Positions 62,908-64,000 of a stretch of DNA of 64,000 bases are shown one piece after another. The position numbers and the translations under genes are program-made. The stretch's first letter is position 1; every line of letters starts with the position of its first letter. The stretch lies in NCBI GenBank assembly GCA_043228905.1, contig JBHGNT010000013.1, positions 8,804,001 through 8,868,000 on the forward strand. Reading direction: 5' to 3'. Origin of the DNA: Azolla caroliniana (lineage: Eukaryota > Plantae > Polypodiophyta). The notes beneath the pieces are model-generated. The model saw nothing but the letters and a program-made list of their open reading frames with translations, was not told where the DNA came from and did no database searches.

Positions 62908-64000
62908 TGTCAGAACCAAGATAGAAGATAGAGTGACAGAAGAAAGATATAAAGAGATTACAAGAAGAGAGGAATGAAATGATATAAGAGAAGAATGAAT
63001 GTATTAAAGTAGAATGATAAAGGATAGAAGATAGGCGATGAGAGCTTAAGCCTGGTGTTGATTTGAGAATACATGTATGCCGCTATTTATAGGTTGCTAT
63101 AGAATAGCCTAGAGATTTCTATACTATTTTAGAATATTCTAGCATGTTCTAGAATGCTCCAGAGTATTTACAATAATTAGTGTATTACAAGAAGTAGCTT
63201 TTATCATCTCATATGATCATAGACTATCTTAATGGTTGGGTTCTTGATTATGTATTATAAGGTCTTGGGTTCAAGACTAGGTGAAGCCATCATGTTTATG
63301 TATTCATGACACTATCTCCCCTTCGAGAACGATGAGTGGAAGTCGGCGTTAACAATGTAGGACCCGGTTTGTTTGGATAGTGGCGATGGAAGTCGTCAAC
63401 AAGAGTGTGGGCATTAGAAACATTATTGACGGGTTCCTAAGTGCGATTACTAATTATTGGGAATGGAAGAGGTGCGAAAAGGTTCCAAAAGAGAGGTATG
63501 AAAGATTGGGTGAAGCCGCATGTGTGCTGGAAGGTTAAGACGAAAGGTTGCATCATTAATCCACTCAATGATGACAAAAGGACCTAAGCGTTGATAATCG
63601 ACTTTCTCACAGGGTCGGGTAGTCTTGATATGACGACGAAGCAACCATACTCGGTCACCAACCTTAAAAGGAGACTTAAGACGATGGCGATCTGCATTAG
63701 TCTTATGTTGTGCTTCAGTTGTCTGAAGATGTGAAGATAATGCTAACTGGATCCGGTGTAGTCGATGAAGCTGATGCTCAGCACTAGGATTTTGTGTGAC
63801 CTCAGGAAGATCTAGGATACACCATCGAGGATGGTTGCCGGTGTAGGCAAAGAAAGGTGTAACCTTGGTAGAAGAGTGTACTGTGTTATTGTATGCAAAC
63901 TCAACAAGATGTAAAATATTGCTCCAATCATCTTGTTGATAATTGATGAAGTAACGAAGATATTGCTCGAGCGTTTGATTTGTGCGTTGTGTTTGTCTAT
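62908..64000 (-). mobile_element. Tcn1-like chromovirus H, 3' LTR and integrase end (continues beyond window)
   Basis: LTR 62908-63311 with adjacent PPT complement CTATCTCCCCTT; WLLRRHIKTTRPCEKVDYQRLGPF is homologous to the F integrase. Confidence 0.88.

Overview
This is eukaryotic nuclear DNA, most likely from a seed-free land plant such as a fern or bryophyte (inferred from the gene structure and TE families). It holds one intact host gene, a 12-exon cytosolic fructose-1,6-bisphosphatase (14285-17255, minus strand), in a dense stack of nested transposons. These are four full-length but decayed Ty1/copia elements plus remnants, an intact young Tcn1-like chromovirus and two relics of that group, a tRNA-Trp-primed non-autonomous LTR element, and an endonuclease-less Penelope-like retroelement with a hammerhead ribozyme. 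The most unusual system is a family of large DNA transposons, present as two decayed copies plus a third end. Each pairs a Sola-like DDD transposase with a divergently transcribed, intron-containing gene for a bacterial-type beta-class N4/N6 amino-DNA-methyltransferase, which in the more complete copy is fused to a ParB/Srx-like domain. Other highlights are covarying self-priming sites and tRNA-like boxes in the chromovirus LTRs, and a 52-bp hairpin micro-insertion with a 5-bp TSD. All calls come from manual reading, and no database searches were run.
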